Shown here piece after piece: positions 1-13,300 of a stretch of 35,249 bases of DNA; positions within the stretch are counted from its first letter, which is position 1; every line of letters starts with the position of its first letter. The DNA lies in the NCBI GenBank assembly GCA_900088475.1, contig FLMG01001682.1:1-35249 (forward strand), in the 5' to 3' direction. The notes under the pieces were generated by a model that did no database searches, was not told the origin of the DNA, and saw nothing but the letters and a program-made list of their open reading frames with translations. The DNA comes from Hyphochytrium catenoides (Eukaryota; Protista; Hyphochytriomycota). Both the position numbers and the translations under genes were made by a program.

Positions 1-25
1 GAGAGAGAGAGAGAGAGAGAGAGAG
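1..25 (+). repeat. (GA)n microsatellite, truncated at window edge
   Basis: Perfect GA run at the start of the window. Confidence 0.95.
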
Positions 26-272
26 GAGGGAAGCCTAGAAACGTACGAAATAGATGGGGGAGAACCGTTTTACCTGTACCTTGCCATGAAGCCGTTACTG
101 GCTATTGCCGTCTATACCGATTCCTGATGAGATTCTTGAAATAAGGAATAGGTGACCCCTCGATCATCCGTTACATTTCTCTTCCTCTCGCTCCTTCTGC
201 ACTCAACGGAGACTCGGAGAGAAAGTCTACCTTTATGTTGGGCGGGCTATGAAGGAAGGCGAGGAAGAGTGA

Positions 273-332
273 TGAGAGAGAGGAGAGAGAGAAGAGAGAG
301 AGCGTTTGTGTATGAGAGAGAGAGAGAGAGCG

Positions 333-370
<38 letters not shown>
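273..370 (+). repeat. Compound (GA)n/(GT)n microsatellite
   Basis: Interrupted GA runs with short GT runs. Confidence 0.9.
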
Positions 371-372
<2 letters not shown>

Positions 373-856
373 CCTGATGGAGATAGACTGGGTGGAAGGA
401 TGATACGGAAGAAAGCAGAGGAGGACAGAGGGAGCTGGCTAAGTAGGAGGGACCCGAGGAGAGTGAGCCAGTACGAGCAGACAAAACAGCGGGACTAACT
501 TGCCTGGCAGACAAAGATGCTGACTGAGACAAGCAAGCCGGACGATAAGCAAGAGTTGAGATGGTCATACTTCTTGAGGACGAGTCGTATCCTATCGTGA
601 GCCTTGCTGGTCGTCAGAGCTTTATGTATTATAGCTCCTACCATTAGGATCTATTGACTCACCAGGAACCCCATCATGCTCTTTTAAATGGGGATTTTGC
701 AGGTCATCATCTACCCATGCACTGCTCTTCTTGCCCCGCTAAAAGCTAGGAGGCAGTAGCAGTCCAGGCCCACCGCCATCAACCGACTGGCGGATAGAAG
801 AGGGAGTATCACCAGCAAGTATTGCGTGGGCAGTAGTACCAGGAGAGCTTGGAAAC

Positions 857-3800
857 ATGCTTCGATCGGCCCCTCAGTGTGCCATCAACCAGCAGGAACG
901 GCTCAACGCCCTGCGGCAGGAACAGGAAATAGAGCAGCTGCGCGAGTTCATGGTGAAGTTTAACATCCTTGCACCGTCGCAGGCCAAAGAGAGTAAAGCT
1001 AATCCCATTCGTATGGAGGTATGCACTTAAGAACGCAGCAGGCACCAAGGGTGGCGTCTCCCAGGCGACGTGGTGGCTTCTCCAGGCTCTTCTCCACTTA
1101 CTTTGTTTGAACGTGATCATCCTCCCTATTGTCGTCGTTCCCCATATCCTTATGTACCTCTAGAAGAGAAAAAAGTAGTTAGTCTCCTCTCTCATTCGTT
1201 AGTCTAAGCTCCTTCTCCTCTCGCGTCATGCTTGGGTGGACATTAGGACCTGAAGGAACTGGCCAAGCGTTGGAAGTTGCACCAGCAATCGAGGAACTTT
1301 TGGCGAGAGCATACAGAGAGGGATGACCTCCTGCGTGCCCTGCTTAACCATTTACGACTCCTCAAAGAACAGGAGAGACAGCCTGTTGACACGGTATGTA
1401 GGCGAAGATGGTCTCTCTTCTTCTCCTCCTCAGCCGCAGTTGGGACGTTGTTATGCTTGCTTCTCTCCATTGTTCCTGCTCTCAACCGCAATTTTATCTC
1501 AAGATGAACATGTCTCTGTTGGTCTATAACTCTACGTATCCTTTAATATTCATCGACGGCTCTCCTCTCTTTGGCTCTATCCTTTCGATGGTCATTAGAG
1601 CCTAACCGCTCACTCCCACGTTTACCGCTTCTATCAGCGGCCTGTTGCAGGTATAAATGGCGGCGGGAAGAAAGGCGTGGGTCTTCTTCTTCAGAAGGAG
1701 GAAGCGTCTGTCACAGCCAGAGAACCGCAGCCTCCTGCCAGTTATATTCAGCACCTTTCTCCCCTTTTTCAATGGAAGAAGACGAATGGAGACCTCTTCT
1801 CTCAAAGGGGCACCTACTCAGACGTAAGAAGAGATCATCTTTCTGTCCTCTCATTGTGATATCAGTTTCTTTCTTTCGCCGCTTGGCTCTTCTCCTGCCA
1901 GGTGCCGCACTGTGCTTTTCACTCTTCAATCTACCGCTTTTTACGGAGTAATAACTAAACTGCTTAATCTTTAGGGCATTGTCTACCTCTCCCGGATAAA
2001 GCTTGAATCTACGTCTCCGCCGTCTCCCTCGTCAGCTGCGGCTCGACAACGACTGGACATACTGAAAAATGCACTGGTAGCGTTTTTGTCCTTGCGTGCA
2101 TGCTATTCTCTTTAGATTCCTTCTCCTTCATCCTACTGCACGGTCGAGCTCTGGGGTCTCGTCCGTCATCAGAATCTACGTATCTTCCTCTTCTTGTTCG
2201 CCTGTTGATGGTAGGATTATCCCTCTCGTACGTGGTATATGTTTCTTCACTTGAGTGACCTCTCCAACCCCTATCCTTTCTATCTCCTCTCTCTTCTTGC
2301 AGAAGGAAAGCGATCCCGTTTTACTCGCGTCAGGAGAAGTCCCTTCCTCTACTGTGCACTCTGCTGTCTCGCCTCTGCCATCTTCTGCGGATAGCCTTAA
2401 CCATGCCCTCGCTCTTCGGTTATCGTTGAGCGCTGAGGACTTCCCGAAAGAGGAGCTTGTTCGGCGTCAATTTGCCGAAAGCCTGTACAATCTTTCCTGT
2501 CAACCGGGGGTGGAGCTCAAGATGATTGGAGAAGGAGTCATTGAGCCATTGTTAGGTAAGAAGGAAAGCACCACCGACTATCCAACTGAGCCATATTGTG
2601 TCAGAGAGGGTATGGGCGTCGCTTTGCTGGCCCTCCACTTCTTAGATAGAGATTGACCGTACTCTCCATTGCGCAGCTCTATATGCAGTCTATTGCTGCC
2701 TTCGTTCTTCTCCAGACATCTCTGTCTTTTCTTTCTGGCCATTGATTATAGAATATAGGAGTAGGACGTCTGTCCCTTCTTTAGTTTCTTCGCTGTACTC
2801 ATTACTAAGGTTCATCTTCCTTCCTGACACAGCGCTCTGCCGTTTGGACGATATGGAGACGCGTCGCTTTTGCTCTGCCGCACTCCTGAATCTCATATAT
2901 GAACCGCAGGCCAGAATCAAGTTTGTGCAGCAAGGAGGGCTGCTCTGCCTTTTCGAGCTTTCTCTCTCTCCGAACAGTGTCATTAGAAAGAATACCTCTC
3001 TCTCTCTCTGCATACTATCTGCAGACCATAATACGCAGTTTCGCCTCATTGAGGCTGGCGGTACAGGAGTGCTCCTCCAGATGTTCACCAGTTACCAGGA
3101 CAGAGGACCGAAGATCATTAGCCTAAAAGCGCTTATCAATCTGGTCTCTGTTCCTGGTAAAGCTGTTCCGCTTCTCTTATCTTCGACTCTCGCGCTGCTG
3201 TCCTTCAATCCAAAGCCCTTGTTTACGTGGCTGGTTGTGGCCTAGCCGTTCCTTCCCATCATCCTTTCCTCCCCCAACCCCAACCCTCGTTCTACTCCGC
3301 TGTTTGTGCCGACCGCTGTTCCCGAAGGTTGTCAGCTTCTGCTGCCACTTTTATGTTTAGAGAATAGTCGTAGTAGCTCGCCCTATCTCTCCATAACTCT
3401 CTATGGCCTTTGTCCTGGCTAATTCCGTTCTTCTTCTGTAGGCGGAGCGTTCGTAGAAACCGAGATTTTGAGCATGGAGAGTTTGGCAAAACTTCAGGAC
3501 GAGGAGTCAATATTCACCGTTTCTAGGGCGACCTTTAACCTGTCAGTCCTGCCTCACACTCGCTCTCTGGTTGTCGAGGAAGGGATCATGGGCGTCCTTC
3601 ACATTCTAAGCAAATATGAGACGCCCGTCCTTCAAAGAGAACTTTCCAATGCCGTCAGGAACTTCTCCTCTCTCAGGAGCAGTCAGGAGAGAATGATCAA
3701 ACAGGGCGTCCTGGGCATTGTACACCTTTTATCCTCGTCATCCGACCATTCGGTTCAAACGCATATAGCAGCTATTCTTGCGCAGTTTGCCTCCAACATG

Positions 3801-6800
3801 AAGCTAGGAGGGGACATAGCAAAGGCCGGGTTCCTCCCAAAGCTTCATGAACTTGCAAGGAAAGAAGAGGTCGAAGCTCGTCGGAACGTTGCTATTGCTC
3901 TTGCCAACCTCAGCTGGGCCGAAAAGGTCCGCGGGAAGCTGGTGAAGGAAAACACTCCTGCGGTGTTGATGCAGCTTCTAGGGACTAGTGACATACAGGT
4001 ATGCCATCTAACGAGTAAAGAAGAGGTGCTCGTCACCTTGCCGCTTGTTCGGTTGGCCTTTGAGCCTATCAGCTAGGTCCCTTGCCAACACTGATTCTTC
4101 CTGACACAATAGGACGCCTTTAACTTTTTTCTACTGTCTTAATAGGTGAAGACGGACTCTACAATTGCTCTGTGTAACCTCATGACACACGTCAGTGACC
4201 AAAGCCAAATGGATGAGAAGATTGTAGATGCATTGGTAGCACTCGCTGACTCTGAGAGCCTTCAGGTACTATTCTCTCCAGTTTGGGCGGTCCCACACAC
4301 TTCCTAACTCCAGCTATCAATCGTTCCCTGCAATGTCTCCTCTTGTTGATGATGATGGCCTGTCCCTCGCTAGGTTCAAGAAGTGTGCTCCCTGGCGCTC
4401 CTCAATCTGTCCTGTGCTCCGTCCGTTAGAGGCGCTCTTGCCGTATCTCAAGGCATGATTGGCTCTCTTATCACGCTTTGTGCGCACGAGAATCAAGCCA
4501 TCCAGACGCGATGCATCACCGCTTTGTATAACATATCCAAGGAGGAGACGAGCTCACGCTTTATCGTAGAGAGCGGAGGAATCCCGGTCGTTGTAGAAGC
4601 CCTCAACGCTATGACAAAGCCTCCCAGCTCGTCTTCCGTAGCTTCATCATCCGCTCTTTATGATTCTACTCTGTCGACGTCTCCGTCCAAGGTCTTCGGC
4701 GGAGGGGAGGTTGTTGGAGCAGCCGAAGCGGCCAAGGCTTTGGAGAATGAGCAGCAGCAGTTAAAAGGCGATATGTTGCTCTACCTCACGAGCATTATCT
4801 ATCAGCTCTCCCTCTCCTCAACTCCCTCTTTCCGCCATGAACTAGTAGACGGTGGCGTTATCGAGTCTATCATTTCCCTTAACCAAAGAGCTAAGGGTAG
4901 CCTAGAACTGAAGAGGATGAGCGCAAGTATCCTGGCTAATCTATCTTCCACGGCCATGGATCACCCTGGACTGATCCCGACCTTTCTCTCTCTTTCTCAC
5001 ACGGTTGATGAGCAGACTCTTCTCCGTATTTCTTTTTCCTTCGCTCTCATGTCACAGAAAGAAGAAGGACGAGTCCTTCTCGCTGCAGAACCTCAGATAA
5101 TCCATACGCTCATCTCGATGATGAGGAGCGGCTTCGGAGAAGTGCAGACTCATTCAGCTGTATGTCTATGCAACCTGGCGAGAGAGAGAAGGAAAGAAGA
5201 AAAGGAGGGAGAGGTTCCAGACAACCAAGATGCATACTCTATATGGGCTGACGGTACAGTCCAGGATTTCATTGTGATTGCCGTTCTGCGGGTAAACAGC
5301 GGCAGTACTAAGGAAATGTGTGCAAGAGCATTGTATAACCTGCTGTGCTCTCCTTCACTCCGGCCAAAAAGAGTAGAGCAAGGCGTAGTGTACGCACTCC
5401 TAAAGCTGGCACGACTTGAGAGTGAAAGAACAAGAGAGCTTACCCTCTCAGCGTTGTACAAGCTCTCATTCTATCCGTCCTTTGTCTCCAAGCTCTTCGA
5501 GATAGAGACCGTGCGATTCTTCTATCAGATAATTGACGACAACCTTAGCGTGGAGCTCAGAAGGCTGATGGCGCACATCCTTTGCAACATGGTCGCCGTT
5601 AAGGGACATACAGAAACCTTCATTGACCAGAAAGGACTGAAGGTAAGACGCCATAGGCTAATGCGTAAGGGGCTATGTAGACCAGATACTTACTGTTTGC
5701 TCTTGCGTCTTTATTCTCTTCTCTTCTGTTTCGTCAATAGATTGTGAAGCTTCTGGGCCAACTTCGAGACTTTGAGATCCGCATGAGCCTTGCCTCAGTA
5801 TTATGCAACCTCAGCACTGAGCCAACTTTAGCACCAGTGCTAGTGTCAGAGAAGTTTGTCCACGACATCGTGATTTTTGGGCGGATGCATGACCCTACGT
5901 CGCGGTATTATAGCGCTATTTCCTTGTGCAACCTGAGCGCTAACAGTCAACTGTTATCCACTCTGTCTGACAATGAGGCAATTTCTACAATGGTTAGCAT
6001 CATGAGACAAGATCCTCGCCCAGAAGTGGTACGGGTGGGTGTCAGAGCCCTTAGAAATTTCATTCAGGACCAGAATAATGCCGCAAGGATAGTGGATTGT
6101 GGAGCCGTGGAAGTTCTTTCATCTGCTCTCTCTGATACGCAAGATGAGGAAACGGCGAACGCCGCAGCCACGCTTCTTTGCATCTTAACCGAGGTGCCTA
6201 CTCCTGGTCTGGGTCCTAGGATTGTGAAAGAGGGAATCGTAAAAGCTCTTCAAAGCATTGCTAAGCTGGAAAGTGAGGGCAGTAGACGGGACGTTGTCTA
6301 TTCTCTAGCCTCACTGTCTCAGTTCCCGGACACTCATGAACTGATGGTGACCGATGGCGTGGTGGAGGCCCTGCAGTACCTTGCTTCCCCTGCCTCTCTC
6401 TCTTCATCAACAATATCTTCTTCAGCTTCCTCCATGACGTGGGCAAGAGAAATTGTATCGTGGGCCTCTCTTACCATCAGCAATCTTTCGACAACGGCAG
6501 ACAGCCTCCACCGAGCGAAGCTTGGGAGCAAATACGGTTTATTCACCTCTTTAGTTGGCTGGGCAGAGATGCCTAATATCTCCATGGAGACGAGATGGAA
6601 TGTTGCCATTACCCTCTTCAACCTCTCGTCAGTGAAGAAAAATACGGCCCAAATGGTCCATGCTGGGTGCGTGAAGACCCTTATAAATATTGTCCAAGTT
6701 GCCACTGGAGGTGCTGGTGGAGTAGGAGGTGGGAGTAAGGTAGGAATGGAGGCTGGAGGTCTACTAGGGCAACAGACGACTTCGCTTCTCCGTCAGCTAT

Positions 6801-8431
6801 GCGCCATGACCTTAAATCAGATATCCGTGGATCAGCCTGCAGGAGTGATGTCTGATGGCCTTGTGTCGTCTCTACTCTCCCTCATGTCCATGGATAAAGC
6901 CGCTATAGAATTGGCGGAAAGTAGAGCTCGAATGTTGGTCAGGCTTCCTCCACTTAACTCCGCCGCCGAGCTCTATACCCCTGTATCTGGAGCCTTAGAC
7001 AGGATCCGTCACCCATTAAAAGAGGTGCAGTGGGAGGAACTCGAGGAAGGAATGGTTTCAAACTCTCTTTCACCAGTGACGATAGAGGCTAGGAGCATTA
7101 GTATGAGGCCCGCCCCGCCGAGGCAGGCGAAGGAGGAAGAATGCTGCGGTTCGTTCATTTTCATGACAGAGACAGAAATGAAGTGCTTCCTGAACAGGTA
7201 TGGCCTTCAGTACTGGCCATCTAGAACTTCCTATCAGAGAAAATAACTTACTTTGTCTGCTTTCTTTCTTTTTTTCTTTCTCCTTCTTCTGGACCCGTTC
7301 CCAGTTCTATTTGAGCTTCGAATCTATTACCTTCCTAGTCCTCTGCCCCTTGTCCAGATGCCTGGTTATGTCTTGGTGTCTCCTCTATCGTGCTCTCGTC
7401 CTTCACTCCATCCGTCAGCACAATCAAGTTGCATATGTTGTTGCTGACGGTACCTTCAATATAGATATAGAGCAGAGAGTGAGCAGCCATCAATGGACGT
7501 CACGATGGGAGAATTCCGTCCCCGCACGCATGGCGGAGGGATTGACATCAGCCCCGAGGCAAATGCATCACCTGGAGTCAGAAAGCTGCAGAAAACACGT
7601 CTCTCTCTCACACTCCCTACCACCGGAGAGGGTGTTGAAGGTTCCTTAGGGGCCGGGCAAGAATCTTCCCCAGAAGCACTAGCAATTGCCATGGCAGCAG
7701 CGGCTGCAGGTTCTCCGCCTGGGACAGCTGAGAGTGGGGGAGACAAGAAAGAACGAAGAAGGAGTATGGCTAGTTCTGGCAGTGGTGTGAAAGCTGCGGT
7801 TGGAGGAGGAGCGACAAATTCTGAGAACCAACGTGGCGCCGCAGATACCCACAAAGGCGCTGGTACAAAGAGGAGGAGCTCTGGTGCTTCAGGAAGTGGA
7901 GGTGGCGGAACTCAAGGCGCTGGAGTTGTTGGAGGGGGCGAAAGCGTGACATCCGCGAGGACAACGCTCTCCTCCTCAAGGAGTTCTGCTGGATCGATTC
8001 AGGACATGATCAGTCAAACTGCCAAAGCGGCAGAGGCGCAGATCAGAAAGAACAGTGTCAAACTCCTCGGCAATTATCAGACATCACTATCTCCCCTGGC
8101 ATCTCCCTCTTCTTCGTCTTCCTCCTCTACAAGCGGTGCTTCCCTGTTACATAACTCCGGCCAACAAGGAAGGCGCAATCCTGGCCTACTCTCCCCAAAT
8201 CCACCGCCTCTTTCGTCCTATGGGGCGATGGCGCTAGGACACCTTGGTAATCAGGGTTCGAGTCGTGGCCTACTGTTGAGCAGCTCAGAAAGGACAAACT
8301 CTCAGCCATCACCCTCTTCTCAAAGAGGAGGAGCTCCAGGAGGGGTAGGGGGAGCAGGCGGTGACCGCGGCATTAGTTGGGAACAAGGGTATCGTCGGAG
8401 TGAGAATGGATCAAGGTCTTCAAAGATCTAG
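857..8431 (+). CDS. Large armadillo (ARM)-repeat protein, Vac8/beta-catenin-like repeats, ~1860 aa, 11 exons
   Basis: Hand-spliced GT-AG exons 857-1018, 1247-1393, 1599-1823, 1975-2076, 2303-2555, 2833-3156, 3442-3998, 4146-4265, 4374-5642, 5741-7197 and 7465-8431 join in one frame (5583 nt). Many ARM signatures: AALLNL, ALANLS, ALCNL, ALYNIS, SLCNLS, ALRNF, followed by GxxxxLxxL helices. G/S-rich disordered C-terminal tail. The start ATG at 857 is inferred, and an upstream exon cannot be excluded. Confidence 0.88.
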
Positions 8432-10322
8432 TAAAGGTGGTCTCTTTCTTCTCCTACTTGCGGGAACAGCTTGGTGGTGCTCTTGGAATACCTCCTGGGT
8501 TTAAAGAAGCATGGCCGGACGGGTTAGATATACTTTGCAATGCGTATGGACGAAGAGAAGTAGAGTCAAGAAGAAAGGAAGAAGAAGAAATTAAGCTTGC
8601 TGGTTGATAGAGTTATTAGCATCATCGTCATCAAGCTAAGTGATCGAATGACGACTGCCTCCTCCCACTTTGTTGTTGAAACACGATAATAGAGCACTGA
8701 CATGGGCTTCGCAACACCTTCCAGTTAAATCACGGCTCATCGACTGACAGTCTTTCTAGTCATTAGCCGTCGTACAGAGTGAGATAAAGTACTCATGCAC
8801 CACCTTACATTTGATTGTTGGCGAAAGGCGGACCGCGACGTGGCGTAATCGGGAAAATAAGCGGATCTCACATCTAAGGGAAGTTACTTCTCACATAGGC
8901 TGAGCTGGTATGTCAATATGATACTATGATGCTAATATTGCTACTACTGCCGCCGACAGTCTCCCTTAGAAATGGTGCTGAATCACTTCGGGACCGCCTA
9001 ATTTCTCAAACAACAGTCATCCACTGCAGCTCCAGAGATCTTCCCTCTGCTCATCCGGATGTCGTTTGGAAGGCAACAAGGACGTAATATAAGCCTTATG
9101 CTGAGGTTACCACCCTGACGCTTGACTCACTAGCCTGGAGAGCTTTTCCTGTCGCTTGGCTTGATCAAGCGACTAAACCTAGAACTCGGGGATAAATAGT
9201 AAATCTTCTTCCGCCAAATAACAGCGCTACCACGTATCTGAGTAGAGAAGTAAATACCTATGGGCTTACTATAAGATAGCCATCAGGAGGAGCGACGGGC
9301 CAGTTCGTAGTTGACTGTTCTGCGGCACAATGTAGGAGGTCTACTATTATTCACCTGTGCCGCCTTCCTTTTCGTTGCCGCTTTCTCCAGGAGGGGACAA
9401 TATTAGCAGGTGACAGAGGTTTGAGGCTGACCGAGGAATTTCGAGAATGAGCAAGATTAGCTCCCAAGCTCTAACCGCGCAAGGAAAGCCTAATGTCCCA
9501 CGGACAAACTAATTACGAATTCCGTCCGTGTTCAATTTGTTTTTAGTTCAGGCGAAAATGTCTCCAAGAGTTTTCCGAAATGAAGAAGCCGCACCTGTTT
9601 GCGTTTCCTAGTTATCATCGCTCATCTGCTGCTGACCATCGCTGTCTAGGATACAGCAGCTCAGCACTTGGACGAGCGAGGCCCCCCCTGGGGGGTTCGG
9701 GCGTCTGCGTCTGGCAGTCTTCTTATCACACTTTCTTTTCATTGGCTAGCCGCAGGTCCTCTTTTATCGGCTGAGTTGCGGAGAAGAAGGTGCTAGCAGG
9801 ATAGTGTTCCCTTCTTGCTGCGGCTTCTGGAAAGTCAATCATCGGCATCGAGCGGTACCGCCCGTTTACTACTATCTAGTTCTAGTACGGATTCGTAGTC
9901 TATGGCGCCAATGAGGGCTTGATGGCTGAGCTCCTCAGTCAACGAATATGAGCCTTTAGGATATATCTGACTAGCTCGCCTTACTTCTTGTTGTCAAGCA
10001 AATCAATCCCACCACTGCCTGGAGCCGTAAGGCTGTAACGAAGGCACTACCCCCTTACCATGATGCTAGGACTCTTCAGTCGTCAATGGCCGACGACCAC
10101 CACGGGTAAGTGATAACACAAAAAAAAGGTCTCTACGACAAAAGCTCTCTCCATCAGCTGGGTCGGTGGTTCAGATTGGAAGCCACGCACCTATCATGGC
10201 CAGTTCAACATAGACAGCAAGGCTCCGTTCCAGCTGAAACGATATATCTATATATTTGTACTAATCCTTGACCTACCACTAACTCTATGCCTCTCACAGA
10301 GTGCATCTCTAGCTCTCAATCA

Positions 10323-13300
10323 ATGGCGGAACGAGTGCTTATGAGGAGTATAAAGTGGATCTCGGGGACCATGGCGGAGAATCTGTCCGAGGTAATGTTT
10401 GGAAATCACCTTCTTACTTGCTACTGTCGTATGAAGTTTGGCATTGCTGCATGCCATGTTGTTGTTGTTGAATGTTGTTGCAACTAAGAAGGCTCATCAT
10501 CATAGTAGCTGTTGATGAAGGGATCGACTTCTTCGTCATTGAGCAGTCTGCCATGTAATCCTGACGTCTTGAACCGTTATTACTGTGTCGCTAGCTCATA
10601 ATCGTGAATGCTTCAGTCCCTTTCAACACGTCCTCTTCGGCACAGGCCGGCCTACTATCTCTTTTCAGCCATATTTATTCTATAAAATCAAGAAAAGCTA
10701 ATGCCTGTATCAAATACAGAGCGACCTGGATGGAAGCCCCTGGAAAGGGCTTGTCCCAAGTCCACATTACCTTGCAGGCCTAGTATTGCATCCTAAATTT
10801 TGCAAGCTCGGCCTCCTTTCATTTGGTATGCCAACCTTCCTTTGTTCGCTCAATTTACTAAACCACGTCAGAGCAATTAGAGAGTGGAGTCCACAGTAGG
10901 AAAAGAAGGGCTTCTGATTCATGCATAACAGAAGACCTCGCGACGACCAACGGACGGCAAGCAAGGAAGATCTTGATGTCAACTGATTTCAGGGTGACTG
11001 AGGAATCCACTCTCAGCTTATTGGTGTCAGGAGATGGTGCGGCTAACATATGTCCATCTTCTTACTAGTCGTCGATCAATGGTGATGCTATGACCCCCGT
11101 ACTTCCCGTTGTAGAGTTAAGACCAACAGTGCTCACCGAACCTAGCACATCCCAATATACTCTCGCGGCTTCCCATAATATACCCCGGGTGCGTTTCTCC
11201 TCAAGACCCCCCTCTAATCAAAACATTCAAAAGAGCCTAGAGCGGATAACAAGCCAAACAAACGACCTCAATACGCCAACGCTATTTCTTTTGGAGGAGC
11301 TCGCCACCATGACAGCTACAAGCACCGTATCGGGCGTCCTGGAAGTCCTCTTCGACGAGTTGGATATCCTCAGCAACGTTGCCCTGGCAATGTACTGCAT
11401 CAAGCAGCACCACTGCAGTGGCACAAAGGAAAGACTATACAGTCTTCTAAAGCTGGAGGAGGTGGAATTGAAGGAGCGCCTGAGGTACGGTTTATCATAT
11501 CAGCGGGTTTAAGGCCCAACATATCAAAGCGGGCATACAACTTTTTGATCCTCTCACAACGTATAGAGTGGCAATGGCCCTCCAATCAGAGGCTGTCCTT
11601 GCGCCCTACCCTCAGTATGGCACTATCTGTCCTTCATCAAAGCCAGAAGTGCTTGACATCTACAAACAAGGCAAGGCTGCACGTGAACCGAGGAGAGACA
11701 ATCTCGAAGTGATGGATGAAGTTTCCTCTCAAGGAGGCGCAATGGTGGGCCCCCCCTATCTCCTTGGGTAAGAATTTCCTTGTCATCTATCAATGGAAGG
11801 ACCCAAGCCACAAATTGGAGGAATGTAAAGGAGCCCTCCGATCTGACGTCAATCTCACACTTCGTTGCAGGCTGCATTTCACCTTGATAACTCTCGCCTT
11901 CCCGCCCCGGATAGCATTCAAGAGATTAGAAGATGCAATTCTGAGCGTGGGCTCGCCGGCCCTTGATGATGCTATATACGCACTTCATGACTACGTATTG
12001 ACGCTGAAAGCGAGCTCTTCTCTCAGGCTGAAAGAGGAGGCATTCCTTCAGGGAGAGGAAACCTCCAATGAATCCACGATGACAACTCTTGCTTCGTCGC
12101 CATGGAGAACCGAGCTCCTTCCGACGGCGGCGGCAGTGAGTGGGAGCGACATCCCTTACTCATCATGTAGATCACCGGCGCTTGAACTGCTGAGTGACAG
12201 CAACCTTGAGTCGCTCTTCAATAATACGGCGAGTGTCAAGATTCCAGGGCAACTGATACTGGCACATCGTAGGCCGTTGCTCTGCAGTACTTCGTATGCA
12301 AGTCCCGAAGCTTGGGCCGAAAACGTGTCTGACAATGTTCCGAAGCTGCCAGGCCTGGACGTGCTCTACCGACAGCTTCAAGGTAGGCGAAAGCATTCAG
12401 GAGCTTAGAAGAACGTGTTTCGGCGCCTTCCATACTAATTGAAACCATCAAGTCCGCTTAGCCGCAGGGCTCCTCAGTCTACATTCTGCATTATTATTAT
12501 GTTCTGCAGTATGATTGCTGTCTATGTCTTCTCGCTGGTCCAATGCTGCTACTTTGGTGCTCTATAATACCAGCGAAGTGGTCTGCGGTTTCTCATATTT
12601 GCGTCTCGTAGACCCTTAAGCTTATCGTGAACGCTTCATTTAACTCCCCAATTGCTTATCACTTCGGAAGCATAAAGACTGACAGTTTCCACAGATGACA
12701 GGACCCCGATTACGGCTCTTAGAGAAGATCCGGGCATATTCAACCTGCAGCCGGAGGAGGTTCCGACAGAAGCGCGAAATATCTCCTTGTGCAGCTTAGA
12801 GGAAATTAGTACATTAGGAGTTGTCTCTGCCGCCACTGCGAGCTTTTCGGATGGAAATGAGGCGGAATATCCCAAAAGGCCATCTACGGCTTCAACTTGC
12901 CAGGTCGTCCAACATAAGAACTCTCTATTTCCGACACTAGCGAGAATCGCTAGGGTGGTAGTCCAGCTCAGTTACTTTGGGCTCAATCACCTTTCCATCG
13001 AATTACCGATTCTCGAAAGCCAATTACAAGGGGCGGCCAACTGCTGTTGTTTGCGGGAACCAGCCTGCCAGCCCAACTGGAAAGAAGACTCCAGACATCA
13101 AAGCCGCCTAGACGGCTTTGTACTCTGGCCCGTCATGATGCCTGCCAAGGTCTTGCCATCAGAAGAAACGAAGATCATACGTCTCAAGGCAACGCATGAA
13201 GAGCTTCGGGAAGAAACCGGAGAGAGATCTCCGGCACAAGGCGGCAAAACGTGTGCAACGATATCGAGCAAGGTATGTGATACTAGTAGGGATAGCCTTG

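Noticed and set aside
152-568. ORFs 152-403 (+) and 233-568 (-)
   Set aside because: Largely translations of GA/TC microsatellite. I could not splice the minus ORF into a continuing frame.
10060-10106. Alternative first exon of the SHOC1-like gene (MMLGLFSRQWPTTTT, GTAAGT donor, acceptor 10299)
   Set aside because: It is frame-compatible but cannot be distinguished from starts at 10323 or 10371 without transcript data.
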